Below, in pieces: positions 16,565 through 26,621 of a DNA stretch of 39,250 nt (positions are counted from its first letter, which is position 1; the number at the start of each line of letters is the position of its first letter). The stretch covers positions 876 to 40,125 of the forward strand of contig JAPPFO010000090.1 of assembly GCA_028875175.1 (NCBI GenBank), read 5' to 3'. Below the pieces are notes generated by a model. It ran no database searches, was not told the origin of the DNA, and saw only the letters and a program-made list of their open reading frames with translations. A program made the translations under genes and the position numbers. This stretch comes from Chloroflexota bacterium. Lineage in GTDB: Bacteria; Chloroflexota; UBA11872.

Positions 16565-17379
16565 GCAAGCCGCTCGGCCACGATGAGATAGCCCCCGGGG
16601 TCGCGCACCTCTCGCCGAAATGGCCGCCACAGGAGAGCCGACCACAGGCCAAGCCAGAGCGGCATGGGCAGGAGCCGCCGCCGGTGGAGTCCGCGGAACC
16701 AGTCCAGCACGCGCCGACCGCCAACTCGTCGGACCATCAGTTCGTCCAGCCGCCGCCAGGTTCGCTGGGTTTCGGCCGGGAGATGTCCCCGGCTGGCAAC
16801 GATGGTCAGCCCGCGCTCGGCCAGCCGTTCCGTCCACTCTTCCAGCGACCGATAGTGGTAGTGACCCAGCCGAGCGTTCGTCGACGCCAGCGCGGCGTTC
16901 CCCGAGTCGCGCTCGATTCGCTCGGCAAATGCCGGTGCCGGAACGGTGAATACCAAACGACCGCCGGGCTGGAGCACGCGCGCGGCTTCCGTCACGGCGT
17001 CCAGATCGCTCGGGATGTGTTCCAGCACGCTATGGCTGTAGACCGCGCCGTAGGAGGCGGACGCGACTGGTAGTCGCGTGCCGTCGGCGCGCATGACGGC
17101 TCGATACACCCCTGAGGCTTTTGCGACGCGAGCCTCATTGGCGACGAGCTCAAGCCCGTCCACCGGCCAGTGGGACCGCAGCACCGAGCGCGCGACTTCG
17201 CCGGTGCCGCAGCCCAGGTCGAGGACGGGTGTGGGAAACGTGATGTCACGCAGCATGGCGAACTCGGTCGCCCGCCAGAGCGCCACAGCCGGCTGATGCG
17301 GATGGGCGCGCAGCGCCAGCCGCAGAACATCCCGGTCGCTCCTGGCCACGAGCGCCGTTGGGAAACCACTGTCAGCCAT
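16561..17379 (-). CDS. Class-I SAM-dependent methyltransferase
   Basis: ORF track 16561..17466. ATG 17379 (MADSGFP...) chosen because the longer form overlaps the upstream gene; it leaves an 8-nt overlap ATGGCTGA. VLDLGCGTGEVARS, YGAVYSHSVLEHIP, RVLQPGGRLVFTVP. Confidence 0.8.
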   Translation of the reverse strand: MADSGFPTALVARSDRDVLRLALRAHPHQPAVALWRATEFAMLRDITFPTPVLDLGCGTGEVARSVLRSHWPVDGLELVANEARVAKASGVYRAVMRADGTRLPVASASYGAVYSHSVLEHIPSDLDAVTEAARVLQPGGRLVFTVPAPAFAERIERDSGNAALASTNARLGHYHYRSLEEWTERLAERGLTIVASRGHLPAETQRTWRRLDELMVRRVGGRRVLDWFRGLHRRRLLPMPLWLGLWSALLWRPFRREVRDPGGYLIVAERLA

Positions 17380-18421
17380 GGCGTGAGTCTTCGATGAGCT
17401 GCCGCATGCGCACGGCGTAGGTGTGATCGCGCTCGACGCGGCGCTTGCCGGCCGCGGCGATTGCACGCCGGGCCGACTCGTCGTTCAGGTATCGCTCAAT
17501 CGACGCTGCCGCATCGTCGGCGTCCTGGTATGTAGCAAGTTCCGTCCCAACCTCGAAGAGCTCGGGCATTCGCGCCTTGAAGTCGGTCAGTTGGAACGCG
17601 CCGGCCGCGGGGATCTCGAATGTCCGCATGTTCGGACCTTCGCGCATCTGGGCGTGGTGGATGTTCAACACGATCTTCGCGCTTCGGTAGGCCCGTGCCA
17701 CGGCGGCGGCCGGCAGCAGGGTGAGGCCGCGATGCGCCTCGCGAACCCGATAGCCCGGTTCCAGCTTCTCCCAGCCGCGGCCCCAAACGGCCAGGTTGGC
17801 CCCGGAACGGGCAACGGCTTCCAGGATTTCAACTCGGGACCGGTTCGCCGGCAGATGGCCCATGTTGTGCCGCGCGTCGCCCACGAAGATCACGTCCACG
17901 GGCTCGGCGTCCGCGTCCTGCCCGGTCCAGGCAGCGGGATGGACAGCGTGCGGCATGAACCTCGCCGTAACGCCCCGCGGTTCCAGGTCGGGAGCGTAGG
18001 TCGGATCGGCCAGATAGAACCGGTCGTACAGATGCGCCGCCGCCGTGATGTTGGGAAACCAGCCTGGATCGTCGCCACACCACTGGACGACGGGGCCGCT
18101 GGTGAGGTTACGCAGGCGCTCAATCGTCTCGGGTAGCAGAACCTCGCCCTTGAGAACCAGGGTGAACTCCGGCCGATGCCGCGCGGCAAGCCGGATTACG
18201 TCCAGATTGTCCATCCGCATTGCGTCGAACACTCGCGCGACGTTGAATCGGTCTGGGCCTTTGAGTCGCCGCTGCACGCGCCCCCAGAGCCCAATGGGCC
18301 GTTCCAGCCGCTGGCTGTAGCGGTGCATTCGCACGTCATGCCCAGCGTCTCGCAGGCCCTCAGCGCAGTATTCGATCCACTGTCCGGTGTCCCAGTGCGG
18401 GCCGACGAGCAATACGCGCAT
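17372..18421 (-). CDS. CgeB-type glycosyltransferase (DUF3880 + Glyco_trans_1_2-like)
   Basis: ORF track 17372..18532. ATG 18421 gives MRVLLVGPHW, 7 nt after the upstream stop. VIFVGDARHN, LAVWGRGWE, SAKIVLNIHHAQMREGPNMRTFEIPAAGAFQLTD, RVERDHTYAVRMRQLIE. Confidence 0.8.
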   Translation of the reverse strand: MRVLLVGPHWDTGQWIEYCAEGLRDAGHDVRMHRYSQRLERPIGLWGRVQRRLKGPDRFNVARVFDAMRMDNLDVIRLAARHRPEFTLVLKGEVLLPETIERLRNLTSGPVVQWCGDDPGWFPNITAAAHLYDRFYLADPTYAPDLEPRGVTARFMPHAVHPAAWTGQDADAEPVDVIFVGDARHNMGHLPANRSRVEILEAVARSGANLAVWGRGWEKLEPGYRVREAHRGLTLLPAAAVARAYRSAKIVLNIHHAQMREGPNMRTFEIPAAGAFQLTDFKARMPELFEVGTELATYQDADDAAASIERYLNDESARRAIAAAGKRRVERDHTYAVRMRQLIEDSRHG

Positions 18422-18428
18422 TGTCCGT

Positions 18429-19904
18429 TTACACAGCGGCCGCGCGCCGCTTCCACAGCGCGCCAAGTTCTGACCGCAGGGCCCTGCGGTCGATGAGGTA
18501 GAGAAGACCTGCGTAGACCAACACGACAACAACCCCGCCCTGGATCAACAAGACGGCATCGGTCAGCAGGGGCAGCAGGATGAATCGCCCGAAGAGACCG
18601 GCACCGACTGCCGCAATAAGCGGACGGACCAAGTGACGAACAAGTCGCAGGTCGAATTCACGACGCCCGATCGGCAACAGAACCAACGCAGCCAGTCCCT
18701 GGGATACAGCCAGCCCGATCGGCACCGCCAGGAACCCGACCCCCAGCGCCATGAGGACCGCGGCCACTCCCCAGGCGGCAGCGGCCCAGCCCAGGGACAC
18801 CATGAGAACAATCTTCGTCTTTCCCACGGCGTTGAGGATCGGCGTTATGAGGCCGTTGATGGGGATCAGAGCGTTATTGACGGCCAAAACGTAGAGGGCC
18901 GGAACCGCGGGCAGCCACTGCTCACCATAGATCAGCCCGGCGATTTCGGGCCCAAACGCGATGACCGCAACGAATCCCGGCAGCGTCACGATGGCGTTCC
19001 ACTTCAACGTGAGTTCGGCGCCTCGGCGAACCTGGTCCGGCGCATCCTGGATGCGCGCGAAAGTGGGCAGGCTCACTCGAGCCACCCACTGCGTCAGCGC
19101 CAGCGGCTGGGCGGAAACCCGATTGGCCCAGTTGAGATACCCCGTGGCCGTGGCTCCGAACGCCCGGGGCGTGAAGAGCGGAATGAGCGAGTCTTTCAGC
19201 GTGATCGCCAACCGTGATCCCTGAAAGCGGGCGCCAAATCCGACGTGAGGCGCGAGGACTCGCAAGTTCCTCGTTGGCGCCGGCCACCACGGCCGGGCCA
19301 CCACAACCGCGAGCGTGGACACCAAACTGGCGCCAACATGCGCGATCACCAGGCTCCACACGCCAGCGGCGCCAATGGCGAAGCCGATGCCGGCGATGTA
19401 ATAGAACAGGGTTCCGGCGATATCGGCCGCGGCGAGCCGGCCAAATTGCAGGTGTCGCTCGAGTAGAGCCGCCGGGACGATGCGAAAGGCGGTGAAGAAG
19501 ACCGAGAAGGCAAACAGCCGCGTCATCCACGGGTCGATTTGATCGTTCAGCAACGCGTTGACCACAAATGGCCCGGCGAGAAACACCACCACGCCCCCCG
19601 CAAAGACGAGAAGCAATTGGCCCGTAAAGACCGCCCGCAGGTCGCGGGATTGAGGCTCGCTGCCGCGCTGAATCAGACTGGGTTGCAGCCCCAGGTCGGC
19701 AAATTGCTTGACCAGTCCGGCAAAGGTGGCGATTGGAACGATGACGCCGAAGTCCGCCGGCGTCAGCAGGCGAAAAAGCGCGATGCTGCCCACGAACGAG
19801 ACAAGCTTCATGCCGCCTTCGCGCATGCCAAGCGAAACGACGCCGCGGAGCGCGCGGTCCTCGAGGTCTCCCTTTCGAGCCAGGGGCGACGCGTTACCGG
19901 TCAC
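18429..19904 (-). CDS. Wzx-type (MOP superfamily) polysaccharide flippase
   Basis: ORF track 18429..19904. About 12-14 hydrophobic helices. N-terminal GSIALFRLLTPADFGV...LGLQPSLIQR typical of Polysacc_synt proteins. GTG start overlaps the upstream stop (GTGA). Confidence 0.8.
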   Translation of the reverse strand: MTGNASPLARKGDLEDRALRGVVSLGMREGGMKLVSFVGSIALFRLLTPADFGVIVPIATFAGLVKQFADLGLQPSLIQRGSEPQSRDLRAVFTGQLLLVFAGGVVVFLAGPFVVNALLNDQIDPWMTRLFAFSVFFTAFRIVPAALLERHLQFGRLAAADIAGTLFYYIAGIGFAIGAAGVWSLVIAHVGASLVSTLAVVVARPWWPAPTRNLRVLAPHVGFGARFQGSRLAITLKDSLIPLFTPRAFGATATGYLNWANRVSAQPLALTQWVARVSLPTFARIQDAPDQVRRGAELTLKWNAIVTLPGFVAVIAFGPEIAGLIYGEQWLPAVPALYVLAVNNALIPINGLITPILNAVGKTKIVLMVSLGWAAAAWGVAAVLMALGVGFLAVPIGLAVSQGLAALVLLPIGRREFDLRLVRHLVRPLIAAVGAGLFGRFILLPLLTDAVLLIQGGVVVVLVYAGLLYLIDRRALRSELGALWKRRAAAV

Positions 19905-21031
19905 GCCCGAGCGTCCAGGCGCCCGCCCAGGCTCTCGGCATACACGTCCAGGAGTTGCTGTGCCGATCGGCGCCAGGTCATCGCATCCGCCCGGCGGCGC
20001 CCTCCATCAGCCAACGCCTGCCAGCGGCTTCCATCGGTCAGGACGCCGCGAAGCGCGTCAGTCAGCGCCGGCACGTCATTCGGTGGAACCAGCAAGCCGT
20101 TGTGGTCATGGATGACTGGCTCCTCGGCCCCGGAATCGCGGGCACTGACCACGGGAGTCCCGCAGGCGTTGGCTTCCAGCAGCACGAGGCCGAAGCCGTC
20201 GAAATCGGAGCCAGCCAACCGGTAGGGCATCGTCACCACGCGCGCGCGGTGGTACCAGTCCACGAGTTCGTTCTCGCTGACAATGCCGGTCAGGGTGACG
20301 AATCTGTCGAGCTCAAGCTCGCGGATCCGGGTGCGCAGCTGATTGACGAAGGGTGACGACGAATCGGAGGGGCCGACGACCACGTATCGGTGGGCGACGC
20401 CCTCGGACTTCAGGCGTGCGAAGGCCTCCAGCGCCAGGTCGAATCCCTTGCGAGGCTTGCTCTCGCCGACCGACACGATCAATCCAGGTTCCCGAGGCGG
20501 CGGTTCCGCGCGCTGAAAGTCCTCCGCCCGCACAGCCAGCGGCACCACGCTTGTCTGCCGCACATTGGCATCGGCTTCGACTCGCCGGCGCGTGTAGTCG
20601 CTGATGGCGGGTAGGCCACGCGCCCGCCGTAACGCCCAGCGCAGCAGCCAGCGCTCAATCCAAGGCCGGCCTGACGGAATGGAATAGGTGCCAACGAGCG
20701 ACACAAGGTAGGGCCGTCGACCGGCCGCCAGGGCAACTCCCGGGGCGTAGGGCTCGACCATGCAATGGATGACGTCGGCTCCGCGCAGAGCCCGAAGCAA
20801 TGGTGGCAGCGTGCGCTGGAACATACGCAACGGATGGCGCCGCCCATGCTGAAACGAGGGAATCTCCGCGTGGTCGGGGTAGTCGCGCAAGTCGGCCATC
20901 GTCGCCAGACGGCGAGGGCTGACGAGGCGCAGGTCAACCCCTGCGGCAATTAACTCCCGGGCCAGCTCGCCCGCGTAGCGTCCCCAGCCGTTGGTCGGAT
21001 CGAGCGCGTCGCTGACCAGCGCCAGCTTCAC
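19901..21031 (-). CDS. GT4-family glycosyltransferase
   Basis: ORF track 19901..21031. MKLALVSDALDPTNGWGRY, DGFGLVLLEANACGTPVVSARDSGAEEPV. GTGA overlap with the upstream gene. Confidence 0.85.
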   Translation of the reverse strand: MKLALVSDALDPTNGWGRYAGELARELIAAGVDLRLVSPRRLATMADLRDYPDHAEIPSFQHGRRHPLRMFQRTLPPLLRALRGADVIHCMVEPYAPGVALAAGRRPYLVSLVGTYSIPSGRPWIERWLLRWALRRARGLPAISDYTRRRVEADANVRQTSVVPLAVRAEDFQRAEPPPREPGLIVSVGESKPRKGFDLALEAFARLKSEGVAHRYVVVGPSDSSSPFVNQLRTRIRELELDRFVTLTGIVSENELVDWYHRARVVTMPYRLAGSDFDGFGLVLLEANACGTPVVSARDSGAEEPVIHDHNGLLVPPNDVPALTDALRGVLTDGSRWQALADGGRRRADAMTWRRSAQQLLDVYAESLGGRLDARA

Positions 21032-23655
21032 CGGCGGTCGGTCCAGAGGCCTGCGGCGGCCAGCACGACGAGTGCGCCCAGCGCCACCAATGAAACGACG
21101 AGCCCGGCAGCAAAGCCCGGTGGCTCATACGTCATCGCCACCGTGTGCGGACCGGCGCTGGCAACCGGAACCCCGCGCATCAGCGAGTTCACGGTGACCA
21201 TCTCCGTCGGGCGCCCGTCCACGCTCGCCTTCCAGCCCGGAAACTGCGCCTCGTTGAACACCAGCAGTCCCGGCTCGCTCAGTTCCACTCGCACAGTTAC
21301 GGCGCCCGCGCTCCGTTCGGGAGGATGCACCACGTCGATGCTCTCGGCGCTCGATGTCCGAATCCCGGGATCACGATCGACAATCGGCGGGCCGGGGCGA
21401 CCGGCGAGAGCGTCCAACGTGGAAGACGTTGAGGCGCCCGGCTCGATGATCTGCCAGTCACGCGCGATCCACGCGCGGGGAGCCCAGTCCGCCACTTCAT
21501 ACACGTACAGACTCTGGTTGACCGACGCCCACCGCGGCAGGGCAAGGTCTTCGACCTGGACCTCGCGCAAGGTCGGAACATCAAGCGGCACGCCGGAGGT
21601 AACGAAGCGCACGTTGGCAGCCGCCAGGGCAGGTACCCGGCGTCGCAGCATCTCGGTTCGTCCCTCGGCGTCCAGGGCCGCGTCAGACGCGAACCCGGCA
21701 ACCGTGGAGCGTTCGCTTCCGACGAAGGCCAGGTAATCCGCCGTGGTCTGCGGCATCAGGTTCTCGTAGCCGTCGATCGAGGCGCGCCCGCCGGTCATGG
21801 GCAGGTTGGGGGCCAGCGTTTCATTGAGAAAGACGTATTCCAGCAGGTCCCGACGCGTTCGATCCAGTTCCGTTCCCGCGGCGGTGGATAGCTCGAATTT
21901 CTGTGCCTGGCTGCGATAGGAGAACACTCGCCAGTCGCCCCCGGAGTTGGGTGGCACTACGCCGGCGGCCTGCGGATCCCGGGCATACCAGTCGCTGGGT
22001 ACTGTTGGAATCCCATGAAAGGGCGCCAGCAGGACGTCGAGTACCAATACGCCAACGAGGGCCGCTTGCGCGCTCGCTGGCGAGACGCGATGGCGCAGAA
22101 ACCGCCAGAAGATCAAGGCCGTCAGCAAGGCCGCCAGCAGCGACCAGCGCGGCGCCCAGTACTCGAGACTAAAGGCCGCCGTCATGCGTTCGTACAGCTG
22201 ATCGAATGTGCGGTAGTAGCGTTCGGCGGTTAAGAATCGGCCTTCCGATCCGACGATTACCCGATCGATGTAGTCGTAGCCGTAGGGAACGATCAGGAAG
22301 GCAAAGCCGGAGAGCACGACTGTGGCCGCCACCGCGCCGGCGCCGATGAGCCCGGCCAACCAGACCCAGGCGCGGCCGATCCAGCGCACCAGCACGCTGG
22401 ATCGCAGATCGTCAACGCTCAACCGCTCGATTCCCATTGCCGTCAGGAATGCCACTCCGAACGACGCCGCGATTCCGAATCGCGCTGGCTGTCGGAAGAA
22501 TTCGAAGAGCGGAAGCTTGTGCAACAGGGGAAAGCCGAGGCTGAAGGAGCCCATCGAGAGAAGCCAGGTCAGCAGGACGAGCCCGCCCAGGAACCAGGTA
22601 AGGCGTTGGCGCCAGCCGATCACGATGGCAATCAACGCCAGGGCCGGCGCGGCAAGTCCGAGATAGAGCAGTTCTTCGGCGTTGAGGGTTTCATTCAGCA
22701 CTCGTGGAATCTCGAATGACGGATAGACGTACCCCAACACGAGGCTCCACGGAGGAATGGACCCCTGCGAAGCCGTGGCAAAGTCAAGCCCGCCGGCGCG
22801 GGCGGAGAGCTCCGTCGTGGTAATGGTCGGCAAGAGTCGGACGGCGCCCACGGCCAGTCCCACGACGGCGGCGGCGGCCACCCATCCCGCGTTCCTGGCT
22901 GCGTGGACAAATCCCACGTCGCCCCAGTTCCACCAGAAGCGCGTGGCGGCGAAGAGAAGCCAGACGAATCCCCACAACAACGCAATTTGGGGATGACCGG
23001 CCAGCACGGTGACCGCTGCGCTGATCGCCAGCAGCGCACTGTAGCGGCGCTGTCCGCGCGTGATCAGCTCGATGGCCCCGACTCCGGCCGGGAGGGCAAA
23101 GAAGATGTCGGCGTAGTTCAGGAAGCGCGACGTTGCGAAGACGAAGCCGCCATAGGTGAACAGAAAGGCGGCCACATAGGCGCCCAGCCGGGTGAGCCCC
23201 CAGACCCGGCCCAGCCAATAGGCGGCCGCGGCCGCGAGGGCAAGACCAAGCGCCAGTTCGATGAAATAAGCGCGCAGCGGTTCAAATATCACGAGCAGTA
23301 GCCAGGTCAGCGGATAGAACCAGCCGAATTCGGAGAACGCAACGGGAAAGCCCGCCAACATGCCGTCCGCCCAGAGAGGGATTCGGCCTTCACGAACGCC
23401 TTCGGCCAACAGCGCATACCGCGGCTGGTAGCTCAGCAGGAGGTCGAGGTCCAGCCAGGGCGCGCCGGCAAAGAGCAGGTCGCGATAGAGCACCAAGAGC
23501 GGCGTCAGCAGCCCGACCGCTACCAGCGCGCGGCGCTGGGCGATCGAGGCATGCTCAATACAGCCGAGCGCACCGACCCAGGCCTGGCTCAGCCTGGTCA
23601 AGACGCCGGCGTAGATTCCAGGAACTCGCGGATAGCCGCGGCGCGCTGCGTCCAT
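21028..23655 (-). CDS. Large polytopic membrane protein, YfhO-like (GT-C-type extracytoplasmic glycosyltransferase candidate)
   Basis: ORF track 21028..23655. About 14 N-terminal TM helices, a ~300-aa soluble domain, then FPGWKASVDGRPTEMVTVNSLMRGVPVASAGPHTVAMTYEP followed by one terminal TM helix, as in the YfhO architecture. ATG 23655 overlaps the upstream GT4 gene by 58 nt. In-frame TTG 23601 would give a TTGA overlap instead. Confidence 0.65.
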   Translation of the reverse strand: MDAARRGYPRVPGIYAGVLTRLSQAWVGALGCIEHASIAQRRALVAVGLLTPLLVLYRDLLFAGAPWLDLDLLLSYQPRYALLAEGVREGRIPLWADGMLAGFPVAFSEFGWFYPLTWLLLVIFEPLRAYFIELALGLALAAAAAYWLGRVWGLTRLGAYVAAFLFTYGGFVFATSRFLNYADIFFALPAGVGAIELITRGQRRYSALLAISAAVTVLAGHPQIALLWGFVWLLFAATRFWWNWGDVGFVHAARNAGWVAAAAVVGLAVGAVRLLPTITTTELSARAGGLDFATASQGSIPPWSLVLGYVYPSFEIPRVLNETLNAEELLYLGLAAPALALIAIVIGWRQRLTWFLGGLVLLTWLLSMGSFSLGFPLLHKLPLFEFFRQPARFGIAASFGVAFLTAMGIERLSVDDLRSSVLVRWIGRAWVWLAGLIGAGAVAATVVLSGFAFLIVPYGYDYIDRVIVGSEGRFLTAERYYRTFDQLYERMTAAFSLEYWAPRWSLLAALLTALIFWRFLRHRVSPASAQAALVGVLVLDVLLAPFHGIPTVPSDWYARDPQAAGVVPPNSGGDWRVFSYRSQAQKFELSTAAGTELDRTRRDLLEYVFLNETLAPNLPMTGGRASIDGYENLMPQTTADYLAFVGSERSTVAGFASDAALDAEGRTEMLRRRVPALAAANVRFVTSGVPLDVPTLREVQVEDLALPRWASVNQSLYVYEVADWAPRAWIARDWQIIEPGASTSSTLDALAGRPGPPIVDRDPGIRTSSAESIDVVHPPERSAGAVTVRVELSEPGLLVFNEAQFPGWKASVDGRPTEMVTVNSLMRGVPVASAGPHTVAMTYEPPGFAAGLVVSLVALGALVVLAAAGLWTDRR

Positions 23656-24806
23656 GTACGGCTCTCCACCTCCAAACGTGCGGCCTGGGCCAGGCGGGCG
23701 GCCAGCGCCGAGTCGGCCAACAGGCGCGTCACCGCCGCCGCCAGCGCGCTCGGGTCATCCGGCGCTACGAGTAGGGCGTTGCGCTCATGGTCCAGGACCT
23801 CGCGCAGTGAGGGTAAGTCACTGGCTACGATCGGACGCTCGGCGGCCATGTATTCGAAGAGTTTCAGCGGCGAGGTGTGTTCGCGCGCGATGACCTGCCG
23901 CCCGCTGAACGGAATCACGGCCATGTCCGCCGCCACCAGGTATTGGCGCGCCTCATCGGGCGGCAGGTGGCCCATGACGTGGACATTGGGCAGGTCGGCG
24001 GCGGCCGCCCTGATTCGATCAAGGTCGGGCGAGATTCCGCCCACGACGACCCATTGCACATCCGGTGCGGCATGGCGCGCCGCCTCCACGAGCGTATCCA
24101 CGCCCTTCCACGGATACAGGTGCCCCAGGTAGCAGACGACGGGCGCGTTCCCCGGGATTTCAAGCCTGGAGCGGGCGGCCTCGCGGTCACGACTTGCGAA
24201 TGCCCGAAGGTCCACCGCGTCAGGCGCGACAAACAGGCGCTGCGGATCGAATCCAGCGTCGAGATACCAGCCTCGCAGACCCTCGGTGATGGCGATCACC
24301 GCGTCCATGCGACGCGCGGCCCACAAGTGCAGGGCTGCCGAGAGACGCGAGCGAGGGACGGTATGTACCTCAAAGCCGAAGCGGGCGGGTTGACCGAGCA
24401 GCATCCGCAAGACCGTCAACGGCAGCAGGTCGCGGCTGTAAACCACGTTGGGCCGCCAGCGGCGCACGAGCGTGAGGGCAGCGATGGCGAACGACCAAAG
24501 CTGAAGCAAATGCGCGGCCAGCCTGATCGGGCCAAGATTGAGCAGCGGCCAGTCGATGGTCACGCGCTTGATCGCGTCGACGGTCGGAATCCCAACGAGC
24601 GCGAATGTCTTGCGCACGCCGGCGTATTCAAACGGGTCGCTCACCGAGCGCATGGCCTCGGTGTTCGCCCGTCGGGCATACGCGAGCAAGACGGTGGCGC
24701 CGGCGGATGCAAAACCCGCGGCCATGTGCATGATCTGTAGTGGATGGGCGCGCTCGCTGGGAATCCGCGCGTTCGCAACCATCACGATGCGCGGCGACGC
24801 CTCCAC
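23598..24806 (-). CDS. GT4-like glycosyltransferase
   Basis: ORF track 23598..24887. PRIVMVANARIPSERAHPLQIMHMA N-terminus, EHTSPLKLFEYMAAERPIVASDLPSLREV C-terminus. Start ambiguous: GTG 24806 (2 nt after the upstream stop), GTG 24785, ATG 24782 or GTG 24887. Confidence 0.75.
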   Translation of the reverse strand: MEASPRIVMVANARIPSERAHPLQIMHMAAGFASAGATVLLAYARRANTEAMRSVSDPFEYAGVRKTFALVGIPTVDAIKRVTIDWPLLNLGPIRLAAHLLQLWSFAIAALTLVRRWRPNVVYSRDLLPLTVLRMLLGQPARFGFEVHTVPRSRLSAALHLWAARRMDAVIAITEGLRGWYLDAGFDPQRLFVAPDAVDLRAFASRDREAARSRLEIPGNAPVVCYLGHLYPWKGVDTLVEAARHAAPDVQWVVVGGISPDLDRIRAAAADLPNVHVMGHLPPDEARQYLVAADMAVIPFSGRQVIAREHTSPLKLFEYMAAERPIVASDLPSLREVLDHERNALLVAPDDPSALAAAVTRLLADSALAARLAQAARLEVESRTWTQRAAAIREFLESTPAS

Positions 24807-24808
24807 CC

Positions 24809-26617
24809 TTAGATCCGATATCTGACGCACACCGTGGCGCCGGCCTCTTGCGCGCCAAACTCGATGACGTTCCCCGTCCGTCGCCACGGAGCATCCGCCT
24901 CAACCTGAGGTTCCCGCCCCGCGGCCGGGACCCAGTAGCGTAGGTCGGGTACGAGCACGGAGGTCTCGAGTTGGTCGGTGACGGCAATTTCGCCCGCGGC
25001 AAGGTTGTACGTTCGCCTGGTGCGCACGCCGGCGAGCGCGCGGCCGTCCGCACGCGCCACGCCGGACGCCACCGTCAGTGCGTCGTCTGTGGCCTCGGTC
25101 CGGCCCTCAAGCGCGTGGCTGGACAGCCAGCGGCGGCTTGCCCGCCAGGACGGCGGGCCAAAGTGCCGCCAGAGCAAACCGAACGCGTAGCGAGAGCGGC
25201 CAGCGCGCAGGTGGGTCCGCGCAATGTGCAGCAGGAAGCGCGACTCTCGAGGAGCCAGCAGCCGACGCACGTCCGGCAGCGGCCTGCGCCTGGACTCCGG
25301 TGCGACCTCCCAGGCGCCCTCGGGAACGGCCGGCTCCGAGCGATAGCGCAGCCGATTGCGCCATCCATCGCGGGCGTTGCCGACGTAGATCAAACCGCCG
25401 CCGCCAACGCGTCCACCGACCAGCCGGTCGGACGGGCGCTTCCTGGTTCGTACCAGCGCGCAGACTCGTGGCGCTTCCAGCCTGGCCACCCCGGCGTCCT
25501 CCGCCACTGACGGATCGGAGCGTCCGGCCGCCGGCGGGTTGCTCGGCAGGTCGTCCAGTTCGGCCGCGGCGTGGGCCCGCGCCAGCCAGGCGAGATCGGC
25601 GGTGTGCATGACCCGGCAGACGAAGGCCGGCGCGCCTTGCGTCGCGTCGATCAGCCCTCCCTCGCCGAGCGCCGCCGCGCTCTGGGCTGCGACGCGACCA
25701 GCGAGAGGCAGCAGCGCTTCGCGTCCGTCCGAAGCAAGCACGTACGCGCCATACGGAGCGGAACCAACCTCCGCATCCGCGTCCCAGAACCAGCGCTTGC
25801 CTTCCAATCCAAGCGGCATCACACCGTCGGGACGGAGTACGAATGCCAGGAAATCGGCGCCGTCGCGCAGGCGGTCCTCAAAGGACGCTTCCGCGTCAAT
25901 GTGCCGCAGAGCATAGCGAGCGAAGGCCACGCAGCGGCTGTGGTAGTAAACCGTCAGATCGGCAATCCCCTCGCCTTCGCCAAGCAGAGCCGCATCGCGG
26001 ACATAGGCAAACGAGCCATCCGACCGCATCTCGGCGAGCGAGCGCGCCATCGAGTCCTGCACGGCGCGGGCCCATGCCGGCTCGTCTAACGCTGCAGAGG
26101 CGGCTGCCAGACCCATCGCGCCCCAGAGCCGCTGGTTGACCACGGGCTTATCGATGACGTTCGTGAGCAGATAGGTGTCGCAGCACAGCCGGAGCGCCTG
26201 TTCGATGGCGTCGCGATCCGTCGCCGAGAGCTCGTCTCCCGCGTGCAGCAGCAGCGTCGCCAGCGCGTCGACGCACTCCCCAGCGTCGATGATGTTCGTC
26301 GAGTTATTGCGATGATCGTGAAGGCCCGGGAAGAACACCCAGGCTCCGCCGGCGCCCGAGTCGGGCGCCAGGCGCGCCACGACGCGCCGCGCCGTGGCCA
26401 CGGCCCTGGTGAGGTAACGCTCCTGGTTCGTGTGCGCGTGCAGCGCGCAGTTGATCACGATGCCGCGGGCCGTCTTGCCGGTGTGATCGACCCCATGTTC
26501 CGGACAGCGCGTGTAGTCATGCCGGTCCGTCAGGCGCTCGAAGGCCGTTGAAGCCTCGGCCAGCACCCAGGCGGCGCGCGGGGTCAGGACGGACGATCGA
26601 ACGGCTTCAACCGTCAT
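24809..26617 (-). CDS. Hypothetical protein: alpha-toroid-like N-terminal half and beta-rich C-terminal half (heparinase II/III-like architecture at best)
   Basis: ORF track 24809..26659. ATG 26617 (MTVEAVRSS) lies 4 nt after the upstream stop. Helical repeats with DG-aromatic turns (MRSDGSFAYV, LRPDGVMPLG, GGAWVFFPG). No signal peptide or TM helix seen. Function not recognisable. Confidence 0.6.
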   Translation of the reverse strand: MTVEAVRSSVLTPRAAWVLAEASTAFERLTDRHDYTRCPEHGVDHTGKTARGIVINCALHAHTNQERYLTRAVATARRVVARLAPDSGAGGAWVFFPGLHDHRNNSTNIIDAGECVDALATLLLHAGDELSATDRDAIEQALRLCCDTYLLTNVIDKPVVNQRLWGAMGLAAASAALDEPAWARAVQDSMARSLAEMRSDGSFAYVRDAALLGEGEGIADLTVYYHSRCVAFARYALRHIDAEASFEDRLRDGADFLAFVLRPDGVMPLGLEGKRWFWDADAEVGSAPYGAYVLASDGREALLPLAGRVAAQSAAALGEGGLIDATQGAPAFVCRVMHTADLAWLARAHAAAELDDLPSNPPAAGRSDPSVAEDAGVARLEAPRVCALVRTRKRPSDRLVGGRVGGGGLIYVGNARDGWRNRLRYRSEPAVPEGAWEVAPESRRRPLPDVRRLLAPRESRFLLHIARTHLRAGRSRYAFGLLWRHFGPPSWRASRRWLSSHALEGRTEATDDALTVASGVARADGRALAGVRTRRTYNLAAGEIAVTDQLETSVLVPDLRYWVPAAGREPQVEADAPWRRTGNVIEFGAQEAGATVCVRYRI

Positions 26618-26621
26618 GGCC

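Noticed and set aside
16565-16837. N-terminal 91-codon extension of the GT4 ORF 15494..16837
   Set aside because: It overlaps the 3' end of the methyltransferase gene, is Ala/Pro/Arg-rich and precedes the canonical GT4 N-terminus. GTG 16564 gives a GTGA junction. Similar extensions were trimmed at 17380-17466, 18422-18532, 26618-26659, 27228-27293, 29491-29562 and 30651-30686.
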